A stretch of DNA of 60,434 nucleotides, the filler included, from Fonticula-like sp. SCN 57-25 (taxonomy: Eukaryota): the NCBI GenBank assembly GCA_001724245.1. It is 5 parts of 5 records of this genome, joined end to end, with 100 filler letters (N's around TTAATTAATTAA, not from the genome) between each part and the next. Parts side by side here need not be neighbours in the genome. Positions count along the whole stretch, not along the records: positions 16,710 to 27,489 come from MEDX01000217.1; positions 27,590 to 38,351 come from MEDX01000218.1; 3 more parts are not named here. One strand, written 5' to 3'. Both the position numbers and the translations under genes were made by a program. The notes beneath the pieces are model-generated. The model was given only the letters and a program-made list of their open reading frames with translations. It had not been told where the DNA came from and did no database searches. This document shows, in pieces, positions 25,501 through 35,952 of this stretch (positions within the stretch are counted from its first letter, which is position 1; every line of letters starts with the position of its first letter).

Positions 25501-25737
25501 CGTCGCAGCGTGTCACTTGTGCACAATGCTGCAGAAAATGTGGACACTATTGTGGCAGGTGCCTCGATTCCAAAGCAAACCTGCGACTGGTGCTTTGCGT
25601 GCCGCTTGTGTACCGCCGCAACAATCGTTGCCGGACGCGATCGCGGAGCTGATCGGAGGCAGTGCACATAGGCCAGCGTCGCAGAGTTACTTGTCATATA
25701 GACTATCTCGCCTTTTGGGCGTTTTTTTTAGTTCGCC

Positions 25738-27048
25738 ATGTTTTCGTGCTGCTGCTGGCGGGGCAAGGTCGCCTCGGCGGATACCTCTCCCTCGGATCTT
25801 CTCCGCGCGCTTGTGACGGTGGCGTTCCGCGCCGGCTACACGATGGAGTCTCTTCGCGCGACGACGGTTTTTGACAAGCTTGTCGATAAGAAGGGGGAAA
25901 CTGCCCGGTTTGCCGTCGACGTTGTGACGCTGGCGGACATTATTATCCAGGGCGTCGCCGAGCGGATCGTCGAGGATGCGTTCCCGCCGCTTAAAGGGCG
26001 CGTATATGGCGAGGAGGAGGAAAAGTCCGGCGTTGAAGATTACAAGTCCCCGTCTACGTGGAAGCGCGCCGATCGCGAGACTGCCCACGGGATCCTTCAC
26101 AAGACTATTTTCAGCCCCCTCGAGGATGGCGATGCTGCAGCGGCCGATGCCGACGCGGTGGTGAGCGGGATCTTTGACCCTGTGGACGACGCCGCATGGA
26201 CGGACGACATACTTCGCGACGTGTACGCGCGCCTTGACGCGCTGGCCGACAGTCACCCGTCGCTGTTTGCGGACCCGTGCCTGTGGATGGACCCCCTGGA
26301 CGCGACCAACGAGTATGCCGAGATCGCCGACACCCGCTCGGGCCTCTCGAACGCGCCCGGCGAGTCGGCCGCGGGGAAGCCGAGCGGCATCGCGCGGGCA
26401 CACAGCGGCGCCGACGTGCTCGGTCGCCTAAACCACGCCGAGAAGCAAAACCGCCGCTCGTCGGCAGTGGACCTCTTGGCGCCCGCCGAGCCGCCGGCCG
26501 AGACCGCGGCGGCGGCGGACCCCATTGGCCGCCTCAAGGCGGTATGCTTTGTATGCGGCGTGTTTGACCGCGCGACCGGCGTGCCGCTGGCGGGCGTGGT
26601 GCACCAGCCGTTTGGCAAAACGCTGCTTTGGGGCGTGTCCGCCGGGCCGCTCAAGGCCAGCAACGTGTCTCCTGCCAGGCCGCTCGAGCGCCAAAAGCCG
26701 CGCATCGTGCTCAGCAGGGCGGACAGCGAGGGCGTCGCAGATTTGCTAAAGGACGAGTTTGAGCTTGATTTTGTGGCGGGCTGCGGTTACAAGCTGCTCA
26801 ACGTCATCGAGGGCGAGGCGGACGCGTTCGCGCTTGTCAAGGGGTCGGCCTACATGTGGGACACGTGCGGCGGGCACGCCGTCCTCCTCGCCATGGGCGG
26901 CGACATCATCTCGGTAAAGACAATGCAGAGCATAACGTACTCTACAAACCGGCAAAAGGCGCAGCACACAAACGGTTTTGTCGCGTTCACGAACCCCGAC
27001 ATTGGCAAGAGGGTCGCTCAGCTCCTGCAGCCGCTCTTCAAGAAGTAA
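25738..27048 (+). CDS. INPP1: Inositol polyphosphate 1-phosphatase
   Basis: FAVDVVTLADIIIQ, GEE, WMDPLDATNEY, GVVHQPF, GCGYKLL, WDTCGGHAVLLAMGG. Confidence 0.85.
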   Translation: MFSCCCWRGKVASADTSPSDLLRALVTVAFRAGYTMESLRATTVFDKLVDKKGETARFAVDVVTLADIIIQGVAERIVEDAFPPLKGRVYGEEEEKSGVEDYKSPSTWKRADRETAHGILHKTIFSPLEDGDAAAADADAVVSGIFDPVDDAAWTDDILRDVYARLDALADSHPSLFADPCLWMDPLDATNEYAEIADTRSGLSNAPGESAAGKPSGIARAHSGADVLGRLNHAEKQNRRSSAVDLLAPAEPPAETAAAADPIGRLKAVCFVCGVFDRATGVPLAGVVHQPFGKTLLWGVSAGPLKASNVSPARPLERQKPRIVLSRADSEGVADLLKDEFELDFVAGCGYKLLNVIEGEADAFALVKGSAYMWDTCGGHAVLLAMGGDIISVKTMQSITYSTNRQKAQHTNGFVAFTNPDIGKRVAQLLQPLFKK

Positions 27049-27170
27049 TGCATCATTGTATATTTAGACAGCGCCCTTGCCATTTTCCGGGGTCCTAATT
27101 GTTCTGCACCGTTTCCCTTTATGTAACCTTTGCTCTTCAAGCATGGTATTACGCAATTTGATTTTACCCT

Positions 27171-27367
27171 GGCGGTCGAGAATTTCGCCCTGAGCAAAAG
27201 GTCTCGGGCGCCTCGTTTGACCGCATATGTTCTTTATGCCTTTTCTGCTTTTTATGAATACAATTTTTCTGCCACACTCTAGTATAGTACTGCATCCGTG
27301 CGATCACAAATAGAATTGATGAATGGCACTTCACTCGGGCAGTGCCAAGGACGTGGCATGCACACCC
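27171..27367 (+). ncRNA. H/ACA-type pseudouridylation guide RNA(s)
   Basis: Hairpin 27172-27224 with pocket AGAATTT/CCTC complementary to 18S GAGG-UG-AAAUUCU, ATA box 14 nt after the upper stem; second hairpin TGGCACT/AGTGCCA with ACA also 14 nt downstream. Confidence 0.65.
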
Positions 27368-27489
27368 CCGAATCAGGCCCAATCGTTGATTGGCATCGGT
27401 CAACATGGGCAAATATGGTAAATTCGGTTCTTGTCAAACGCCGATTGTGTTTTCGGCCCCCCTGACCAATCAAAAGCGGCCGACCTGCC

Positions 27490-27589
27490 NNNNNNNNNNN
27501 NNNNNNNNNNNNNNNNNNNNNNNNNNNNNNNNNTTAATTAATTAANNNNNNNNNNNNNNNNNNNNNNNNNNNNNNNNNNNNNNNNNNNN
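27490..27589. other. Artificial contig linker
   Basis: N-run + TTAATTAATTAA + N-run. Confidence 0.97.
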
Positions 27590-28146
27590 CCGCCGCTCAC
27601 GTTGAAAAACACGTTGTGGCCCTCGTGATCGCTGGCGTGGTAGCACTCGGCACACATCACGCATGTGTCGTCGACCCCGCATGTTCTAGCAGCGCCGCTC
27701 AAAGGTCAGCGGGATCGAAAGAAATAGCACCATAGACGCACTTGCAGCGGTACACGAGCTCGTGCCGCTTAAACACTTTGCCGCACGTCTGCCCGCGCGA
27801 AGTTCCGAGCCCCGAGAACACCCCCGCATCCCCGCGTCCCAGGCTCATCATCAAAGCGCCGAGAAGGACATCCTCCTTAAACTCTGTCATGAGCTCGTGC
27901 TTTTCTTTGAGGCCCAGGATACTGCACAACCTGCATGCGCGGAAGCGGTACCCGCGTCAGCACCCCACGTAGCCCAAGCACGAGAACGCACTCGAAAAGA
28001 TCCTCGACGGTGATCTGCATCCTGTTCGGTTCCTGAGACCACCACTCCTTGAGCTGCTCCTCAGCTTTCGTCAAGGTAGCCTGACTGTCAGCTATGTTCC
28101 CAAGCATGCCCAGCGCATCCTGGCCCGACCGCCCTTTGACGTGCAT
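27590..28146 (-). CDS. UBR-box N-recognin E3 ligase (UBR1/2/3-like), 5' portion only
   Basis: CGKVFKRHELVYRCK|TCGVDDTCVMCAECYHASDHEGH UBR zinc finger; cut by the contig end. Confidence 0.88.
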
Positions 28147-28421
28147 CGCGCGAGGTGTGCCTGACCTGCCAGCAGTGACGTCTCACCACCGGTTTGCTTG
28201 TTGTTCAGTCAAGATTCAAAGTGACGCAAACTGCAAACTAAACCGTGTTTCGTTCTATGTGCTCGCCACGGCGGCATTTGGTGAGGGTTTATTTGAGCAA
28301 GCCAGTGCAGGCAGGCGCTTTTGTACTTTACCGGTGGGCAAAAGGACTGGGACCATATTTTGCAACTCTCGTGTATTATGAGCGTGGCGATCTAGTGTCG
28401 CTGCGTACAATCGCGCGCTCT

Positions 28422-29946
28422 CTACAGGTTGGCGTAGATGGCGTTGGCGAACACAAGGACGCCCTCGTAGTTCTCCTCGCCAGAGAGGATAATGTTCTCC
28501 GGCGGCACGACAAAGCTGTTACCGCTGTTTTCAAATAGTGTTAGTGCCCCATTCCGCGTGCAACAAACAAGGCGTACCGAAGCTCGATGGTGTAGGCCGG
28601 GACCTCAAAGTTAAAGTAGACGTAGTCGATGAAGCCGCCCGAGTGCGGGTACAGGTCCGAGCCCTGGATCGACTCGTAGCGCTGGTTGTGCACCGAGTTG
28701 ATGGCGTCCTCCATGTCGAGGCCGAGGTTCAGCACCAGGGAGCGGTAAGGCTCGGGGGCCGAATCCTACAGAGAGGTTCAGTCTAAACGTACTCGTGGCA
28801 CAAAGTAAAGCAGAGAGGGACGCACGTAGGTGTACTGGAAGGGGTGGAGGAGGAGCGGGCCGTACGTGTGGAAGTCAATGACACCCTACGATAAGCACCG
28901 TGTCAGCGGACATTCGCGCACGCGGCCAAATGCGCACCTTGAGGTTGGGGATGGAGTGGAGGTTGTCGCGCATGCTCGACGTCTCGGGCTCCGAGAAGGG
29001 GGCGGTGCCGCAGTACGTGTCGCTGCTGGGGAGCGTGCTCGAGCCAGCGGTGCACCAGGTGTCATCGGGCTAGCAAGCGAGCGCGTTAGCATGGTCCAAA
29101 AGTGCGACCAGAAGGCCCGACGTACGCCCCAGTTGCGGTTGAGGTCGACGCCAACGGAGCCGTTCGAGTTGACGCGGCGGTTCTTGCGCCAGAGGCGGTC
29201 GCCGTTGGCGGCCCAGGTGTGCAGGTAGCCGTCGACGTTGACGACGGGGATAAAGTACATGTCAAAGGCGCGGAGGAGCTGCACGGGGGGTGAGCGACAC
29301 GAGAGAGGCGGCGCGCTAATGGCAAGCGTACGTTAACAACATCGTTGTTGCCGGCCTCGTAGTCCTCGACAAAGCTGGTGAGGATCCAGAGGTTGGTGGG
29401 CGGGGCGAGCCACTCGCGGGCGTGCTGGGCGGCCTCAAAGTAGAGCGCAGCGCGGTCGGTAGAGTTGCTCACAGAGACCTTCACGCCCTTGATGGTGCGG
29501 CCCTCAAAGGTCACGCCGGCGTCGTAGTGGGACAGGAGGTCGGGGTAGAGGGCAACAAGGTCGTTCATGTACGTCTCGTAGTCGGCGTACGTGCGGAACT
29601 CGTCAAAGAAGCCGCCCTCGCGGCCGGGCTCCCACATGTCCTTGCCATCGCGAGTGCGCTCCACAATGCGGCGGCGCTCCTCAAAAATAACGCGGGACAT
29701 GTCCTGGACCTTGACGGTGTGCGGCAGGTTGAGATCCTGGAGCGAGACGTACTGGTTGGGGGTCAAAAGAAGCTCGATCGTGTTGCCGCGCTGATCCCAG
29801 ACATCGAGATCCGCAAAGACGGAAGCAAGCTCCGAGACGGTGTCCTCGGCGAGCGTCATCTCAACCAACACATGGTGGCGGTAGCTGCGGCCGGCAGAAG
29901 CCGCCGCGAGCAGACCAAGCAGCACAACAAAAAACGCGGCGCGCAT
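28422..29946 (-). CDS. Secreted M14A zinc carboxypeptidase (CPA-like) with signal peptide and propeptide
   Basis: MRAAFFVVLLGLLAAASA, QHAREW, RLWRKNRR, GVDLNRNW, DFHTY, SGGFIDY, YTIELR. Confidence 0.93.
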
Positions 29947-30229
29947 GGTGTGCGGGGTGGTGCAGAAAAACTTGAGGGGCACGCCGGTGGATGGTCACCT
30001 GAGCGAAAAAGTCACATGCGACTTTTTGTCAGATCAAGCTTGCAAAAGCTTGCAAGCGCTGCGTGACTGCGACGAGTGTGCTTGGTTTGTGGATTGACGT
30101 AGGTATTATATAGAGATACAAAGCGGTTTGTTGGAATGTCAAACAACAACGAACAGGATTATACAAATTGCAAAACAGCAACAAAAAACAGGGTCTACGA
30201 CAAAAAGTATATCAAACACGGAATCTACC

Positions 30230-31361
30230 TCAGAGGCAAATTGTGGGAAAGTACTTGATCTGCACGCCCCACGTATCCTCGACGATGGGCTTGAGCCACC
30301 GCCGATCCACCCAGCTGAGTTTAACAGTCTCGCCGGTGACTGGGTCCACCCATCTCTTCTTGCCCACCCAATTGATAAAGTCCTCGACGTAGGGCGGAAG
30401 GTCCTCGCTCATGCAAAATTGGCCGATAGCCAAGCGAAGCAGGTTGCCGTACGTCAAAGGCTGGTGCTTTTGTATCAATTCACGCAGCTTTACCCGTGTA
30501 TCGCGCCTACAAGCACAGTTAGCACAACACACAAAAATTGTAGCGCCATGCGTACTGCTGCTGAAGTGTCGTGGGCGGCGGTGGCGGCACTTGCCTGCTC
30601 TCCGGGTGATAGTCCCGCGGCGACGCGGGGTTCGGGTAGTACGACTGCTCCATGTCGTACACGTCGGCCTCGCTCGCAAAGCGAATATGGGTTCGCCGGT
30701 ACCTCCCGCGCCCCTTTTTCAGCGCCGAGCGGCGAGGAGGAGCCGGGAGCGCGATCGGCGGCACGGGCACCAGCCGATCCTCGTCCTCCTCTTCCTCGTC
30801 ATTCTGGTGGCGGTCCTCATCCGCCCCTTCGATGGCGCTGCTATCCTTTGCCTGGGCATCGTGCTCCGTCGCCGATCCCCCGTCAATGTTGGTGTTGTCG
30901 CTGTTTTCGTCCGTGTCTGGCTCAACGCCCAACGTCACGCGAGGATGGTGCTTGGACAGCGGGATCGGCAACCCGTCCACGTCCTGGCGAAGCTGCAAAA
31001 GAACGGACCGCCAATCCAGCGGCTCGCCGTTCGGATCGTCCGACTCGAGGTAAGGCGGGCACTCTATTATCGACGAGAAAGATGAGCTGCGGTTGAACGA
31101 CCGTGATGTCGGCCCTGGTGGCAACCCGCGCGCCAGGAAAGCATTCTCAGAAGCGGAAAACAGCTCATCTTTCTTTTCACTAAGTATAGACGACAGCCTA
31201 CAGCCACAAAGTGCACATGTGAGCACTCGCGTTATGGTGGCAAAATACGGCGCGCACCTCCGATCCTGCCCGGTGGCCGGGGTCGCCAGTGCCTCCCGAC
31301 CGGGAGAAGACGACGCGAGGCTGTGGCGCCGACGACGTTTCGTCTCGTTTCCGCGTTCCAT
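30230..31361 (-). CDS. Hypothetical protein with SILK/RVxF-like PP1-docking motifs and an unrecognised C-terminal domain, 3 exons
   Basis: Spliceable ORFs with canonical introns; RSALKK...HIRF motif; globular-looking C-terminus. Confidence 0.6.
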
Positions 31362-31924
31362 TCTTGCCGCCCTGCCTACGGAAGAGAAGGAAAATCTCGC
31401 TTTTCTGCGGTGGCGGGGTTCGTCAAGCCGGGTTTAGCGTGTGTGTAGTCGAGACCGTAGCAGAATTATTTCGAAAATCAAACAGTTTGTCAATTTGACA
31501 AATTTTACATTTTTCAAACCGGTCAATATTCGGTTGAAGGGCTTTCAGGCAAGCGTATATCCCGCATTCTATCGCCCTATATACGCTACATTGATATGCA
31601 TGCAAATTAATCGTAGAGTTTTGGAGTCGCCGCTACTGTCAACTTTATGCATAGACCTGCTGCAATTGCCATTCCTGTATGCCTGCTCGCTGGCCCCTGC
31701 TCGCGACGCACATTCGTACCCGTGTTTGCACTATTATCTGCGAGTTGCGATTTATTCGTGCTATTCCCCGACGCCCCCTCCTAGTGTGACACGCGAAGGG
31801 GTCAATCAGATCAGCCCTGGAATTTCAAGCCCACGTGGACGTCGCGTGCGTGCATCGCAAAACAGCCAAGCCCAGTGAGCGTTCACTGGCAGCGAGCCGT
31901 TTGGGAGCGCTGGTGCTGTTTGAC

Positions 31925-33624
31925 ATGACGGCCCGGCAGGCGTTGAATACATTGACGTCCATCCGCTTCTCCGCTGCTATGATTCAGCGTTTGCTGGTGG
32001 CCGGCATCTTGCTCGCATGCGCCCTCTTGATACTGAGCGGGCCGGCCTCTTCGCCCACGACGGTCAAGAGCCTCGCATCGCAAGCAGAGGTGCGCAATCG
32101 GGCTTTGTTTGCCCAACTTTACTTTTGTAGTTATTAACGGGGAAGCGAAATTTGCTTACTAGATTCGCTATGCCTTGATGCTTGACGCGGGTAGCACCGG
32201 CAGCCGCATCCACGTGTACAAGTTTATTCAGGATGCCAAGGGCCGCATTGACGTTGTGAGCGAGGTGTTTGTGCAGGTCAAGCCGGGCCTCTCGTCCTTT
32301 GCGACTGACCCCGCGGGTGCTGCGCGCTCGCTTGATCCCCTCATGGATGCTGCGCTGGAAGCGGTCCCCAAGAACCGTACGTCTTTTGTTGCTGCCATTG
32401 TTGTTTGTATCATCTGTGCCGCTGTTGACTGCCTCAAAAGCAGCAGCAGCATTGATCGGATCTACTTTCTAGCCCCCCTGTCTCTTTTCTTTTCAATTGA
32501 CCGCTTTCTGATCCTTTTCCCTTAGTTCACAAGTGCACGCCGGTTGCCCTGTATGCGACGGCTGGTCTTCGCCTTCTCCCCACTGCCCAGGTGGACGCGA
32601 TCCTCGCGTCCGTGACGTCGTACCTTACGGCGTCGCCGTTCAAGGTCGGCCCCAACGCGGTGCAGATCCTGGACGGCAAGGACGAAGGCGTCTTTGCGTG
32701 GGTGACTGTCAACTTTTTGCTAGGCAACTTCCAGCCTGGCATGGAGACGGTCGGCATCATGGACCTCGGCGGCGGCTCGACGCAAATTGTGCTCGCGCCT
32801 GAAGACGATGACGAGATTGACGCGCTGCCCGACCAGTACGTCGCGTCTGTCCCGCTCGGCGAGACCGCCATGGATGTGTACCAGTACAGCCACCTCGGCT
32901 ACGGCCTCATGGAGGCGCGCAAGGCTCACCGCACCCAGGCCGCCGCCCAGGTACGCCGAATGCCATCGCGCATGCATGTTTTTCTTACTGTGCGCTGCGC
33001 CACTCTAGTCGGACTGCGTGCGCGACAACCACGAGGTGGACGGGATGGCGTCGTCGCCGGGTGCCGGCTTTGACACGTGCCTCGCCGCCGTAAAGGGGCT
33101 GCTCAAGCTCGAGGAGCAGTGCGCGACCGACGTGTGCTCCATCAACGGTACTATTTAGGGCTGTACAAAGGCGGTGCTAACGCGCGGCGCTGTAGGTCAC
33201 CCGCAGCCGGCGTCGGATAGCTTCCCGGACATGTACGCGTTCTCCTTCTTCTACGACCGCGCCATGGACACCCCGTCCCTGTCAAAGGATATCGTCACGG
33301 TCGGTGAGTACGGCGTCGCCGCGCGCCAGTACTGCGATGAAGGTGCGCGCAGTGATGCTACCGTCTCCCTTGCTGACCATGAGGCTGCAGACAAGCATGT
33401 CAGCCCGTACCAGTGCTTTGATCTCACGTTCATGTACGCGCTGCTGCGCCACGGCTACAAGCTTTCCGGTACGCTTGCCGCGCTCTTTCCACCAGTGTGC
33501 TAACTTTGCGGCAGACGACACTTCCTTGAGTCTGACCAAGAAGATCCGCGATTTTGAAACTGGCTGGTGCCTCGGCGCGGCCATGACACTTGTTCAGCAG
33601 TCCCCCCGCTGCTCCGAGCGTTAG
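31925..33624 (+). CDS. GDA1/CD39 family NTPDase (ENTPD5/6-like), multi-exon
   Basis: N-terminal TM; ACR1 DAGSTGSR, ACR2 ATAGLR, ACR3 GKDEG, ACR4 DLGGGSTQ, ACR5 GWCLGA. Confidence 0.92.
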
Positions 33625-33793
33625 ACATCATTTTTCAAGCATAGTTTTCATCGTTTGTTAAATTGCAGATTTGCTGTGTTGCGAAGGTGTTATCTTCGTG
33701 TCATCATCATCATATATCCATATTATATAAATTCGAATGCTCTTTATTGCTTCATATGTTTATCAGATCGTCGCACAAACCGCATAGGCGCGC

Positions 33794-35180
33794 TTAGGCG
33801 AGCTTGGCGTAGAGCGCCTCAATGGTCTCGACCTCGTCCTTGCTGCCGAGGAACACAGGCGAGCGCTCGTGAATGCTGCACCACATGCCAATGTTAGCAA
33901 GAGAGGCCACAAGCGATCATAGCACGCACTTGGTGGGGACGATCTCGAGGCAGCGGCCGCGACCGGTCGAGCAGCGGCCACCGGCGTGCTCAGCGAGGTA
34001 GGCCATGGGGAAGACCTCGTACAGGACGCGCAGCTTACCCTTGGGCGAGCTAGCGCCATAATCATAAGTACATAGAAACACCGTAATTGATAGGCGTACC
34101 TGGTGTCGGCGGGGTAGGCAAAGAGACCGCCGTAGAGGAAGGTGCGGTGGACGTCGGCGACCATCGAGCCGACGTAGCGGAGCGAGAACGGCTTGCGGCC
34201 AGAGTCCTTGGCGGGGAACTTGCGCGACTGCACGTACTCGGTGACGGCGCCGTCCCACTTGCTGGCATTGCCCTCGTTCACAGAGTAGATCGAGGCCTTC
34301 TCGGGGATGCGGATCTAAAAAGATACGCGTTAAAAAAAGGCAAAGATAGATGTGAGTCGGCGCACCTTGGGGTGCGTCAGGATGAACTCGCCGAGGGACT
34401 GTGCGCAAGAAGATATTAGTTTTCCCATTCCGATAGAGCAGAACGGCGTACGGGGTCGAGCGTGTAGCCGTTGACGTCGCCGCCAGTGCAGATCACGAGA
34501 GCGGTCGAGCTGCCGTACATGGCGTAGCCAGCGGCAACGAGCTCAGTGCCCGGGCGCAGGACGTCGTCGAGCGTCTTGCCGGTCGAGCCCTCCTTCTGCA
34601 AAGCATCCGCGTTAGCATCACCTACAAGAGAGAGGCGGAAGAGACGCACGAGCTTGAAGATGCCAAAGATGGTGCCGATGGAGACGCCGCAGTCAATGTT
34701 GGACGAGCCGTCAAGGGGGTCAAAGCAGACGACGTAGCGGCCCTTGAGGCCGCCGTCCTCGACAAAGATGGCCTCCTCGTCCTCCTCCGACACGAGGATG
34801 GCTATGACACCGGGTCAGGATCCTGGCCATGTGGGGGGCAACCGCGTACCAGTCTTGCCCGACGAGCGGAGCGAGTTAATGAACACCTCGTTGGCGAGGA
34901 CGTCAAGCTTCTTCACCTCCTCGCCCTGGACGTTGGTGTGGCCGGCGAGGCCAGTGACATGAGCGAGGCCAGCCTTGCGCACGAGCGACGCCACAAACTT
35001 GCAGCCGAGCTTTGCGGAAGACGATCATTTAGACCAAAAATGCGGCGATTGAACGGCAAAGCGTACCTGGATGGAGACAAGGAGGAGGGTAAGGTCACCC
35101 TTGGACTCCTCGTGATCCTTCTGGTCGGCGAGGGTGTGGCGCGTGAGCGTGATCAGGTTAGTGTCCACGGTGGTCGACAT
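33794..35180 (-). CDS. FBP1: Fructose-1,6-bisphosphatase class I (multi-exon)
   Basis: [43 protein letters not shown]. Confidence 0.97.
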
Positions 35181-35245
35181 GGTGTTTCAAGCAGTGCTGA
35201 GCTGGAAGCGGAAAAGAAAGAACGTCTCTGTTTGAGACGATTGAA

Positions 35246-35849
35246 ATGGCGGGAACGGATGCCCAGGGATCGCGTCAGGGCGCCCTGTGGGTGCCGTGGA
35301 TGCTCTCGCTTGGCGACGTCAACAGGATAAGGCGAGTGCCTATTCAGGTGCGCACTGTTTGCGGCGGAGCAGTAGAGCCTTACCTGCGATGCTGACGACA
35401 TCGATCAGAATGACCCGTTCACTTTTGGAGGGAAACCGCTGCGGCGCGTGCAGATCATGGGCGACGTCGTTTACCTCTCTGTCAAGCCAAGCAACACCGA
35501 ATACATGCGTAATGTTTTTCATTTCTATGTTATATTGGCATTGACTTTGCTGCAGTGGACGACGGGACGGGGATTGTGCTGTGCGTCGAGTGGAACGGCG
35601 AGGCAGGACTTGCGGGACTGCCGCCCATCGAGCTCGGTCAGCTCGTCAGGGTGACGGGGCGGCTTTCAGACTACCGCGGAGGTATACAAGTTCTCGTAAA
35701 CGCCCGCTGTACGTTGTGTCTGCGTTGTGGTAGCTGTGCTGATGTTGTGCGCTGCAGGTATGGAAACCGATCCGAATGCCGAGTGGAGTACTTGGATTGA
35801 GCAGCTTCGACTGCGCCGCGACGTGTACGCTGCCAAGCCGGACAGCTAA
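35246..35849 (+). CDS. STN1: Short STN1-like OB-fold protein (CST complex), 4 exons, about 148 aa
   Basis: Exons 35246-35347, 35409-35508, 35556-35708, 35758-35849 give RVQIMGDVV, LDDGTGIVLCVEW, GQLVRVTGRL, DPNAEW..W. Confidence 0.7.
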
Positions 35850-35952
35850 ACTGCCCGCCATTGTAATTATAAGCTGTACTATAGAAGCGAAAGGCATAGT
35901 GTAAATTGGACATTACATTGTACAAATAGATATATGGAAAATTGCTTCTAGT

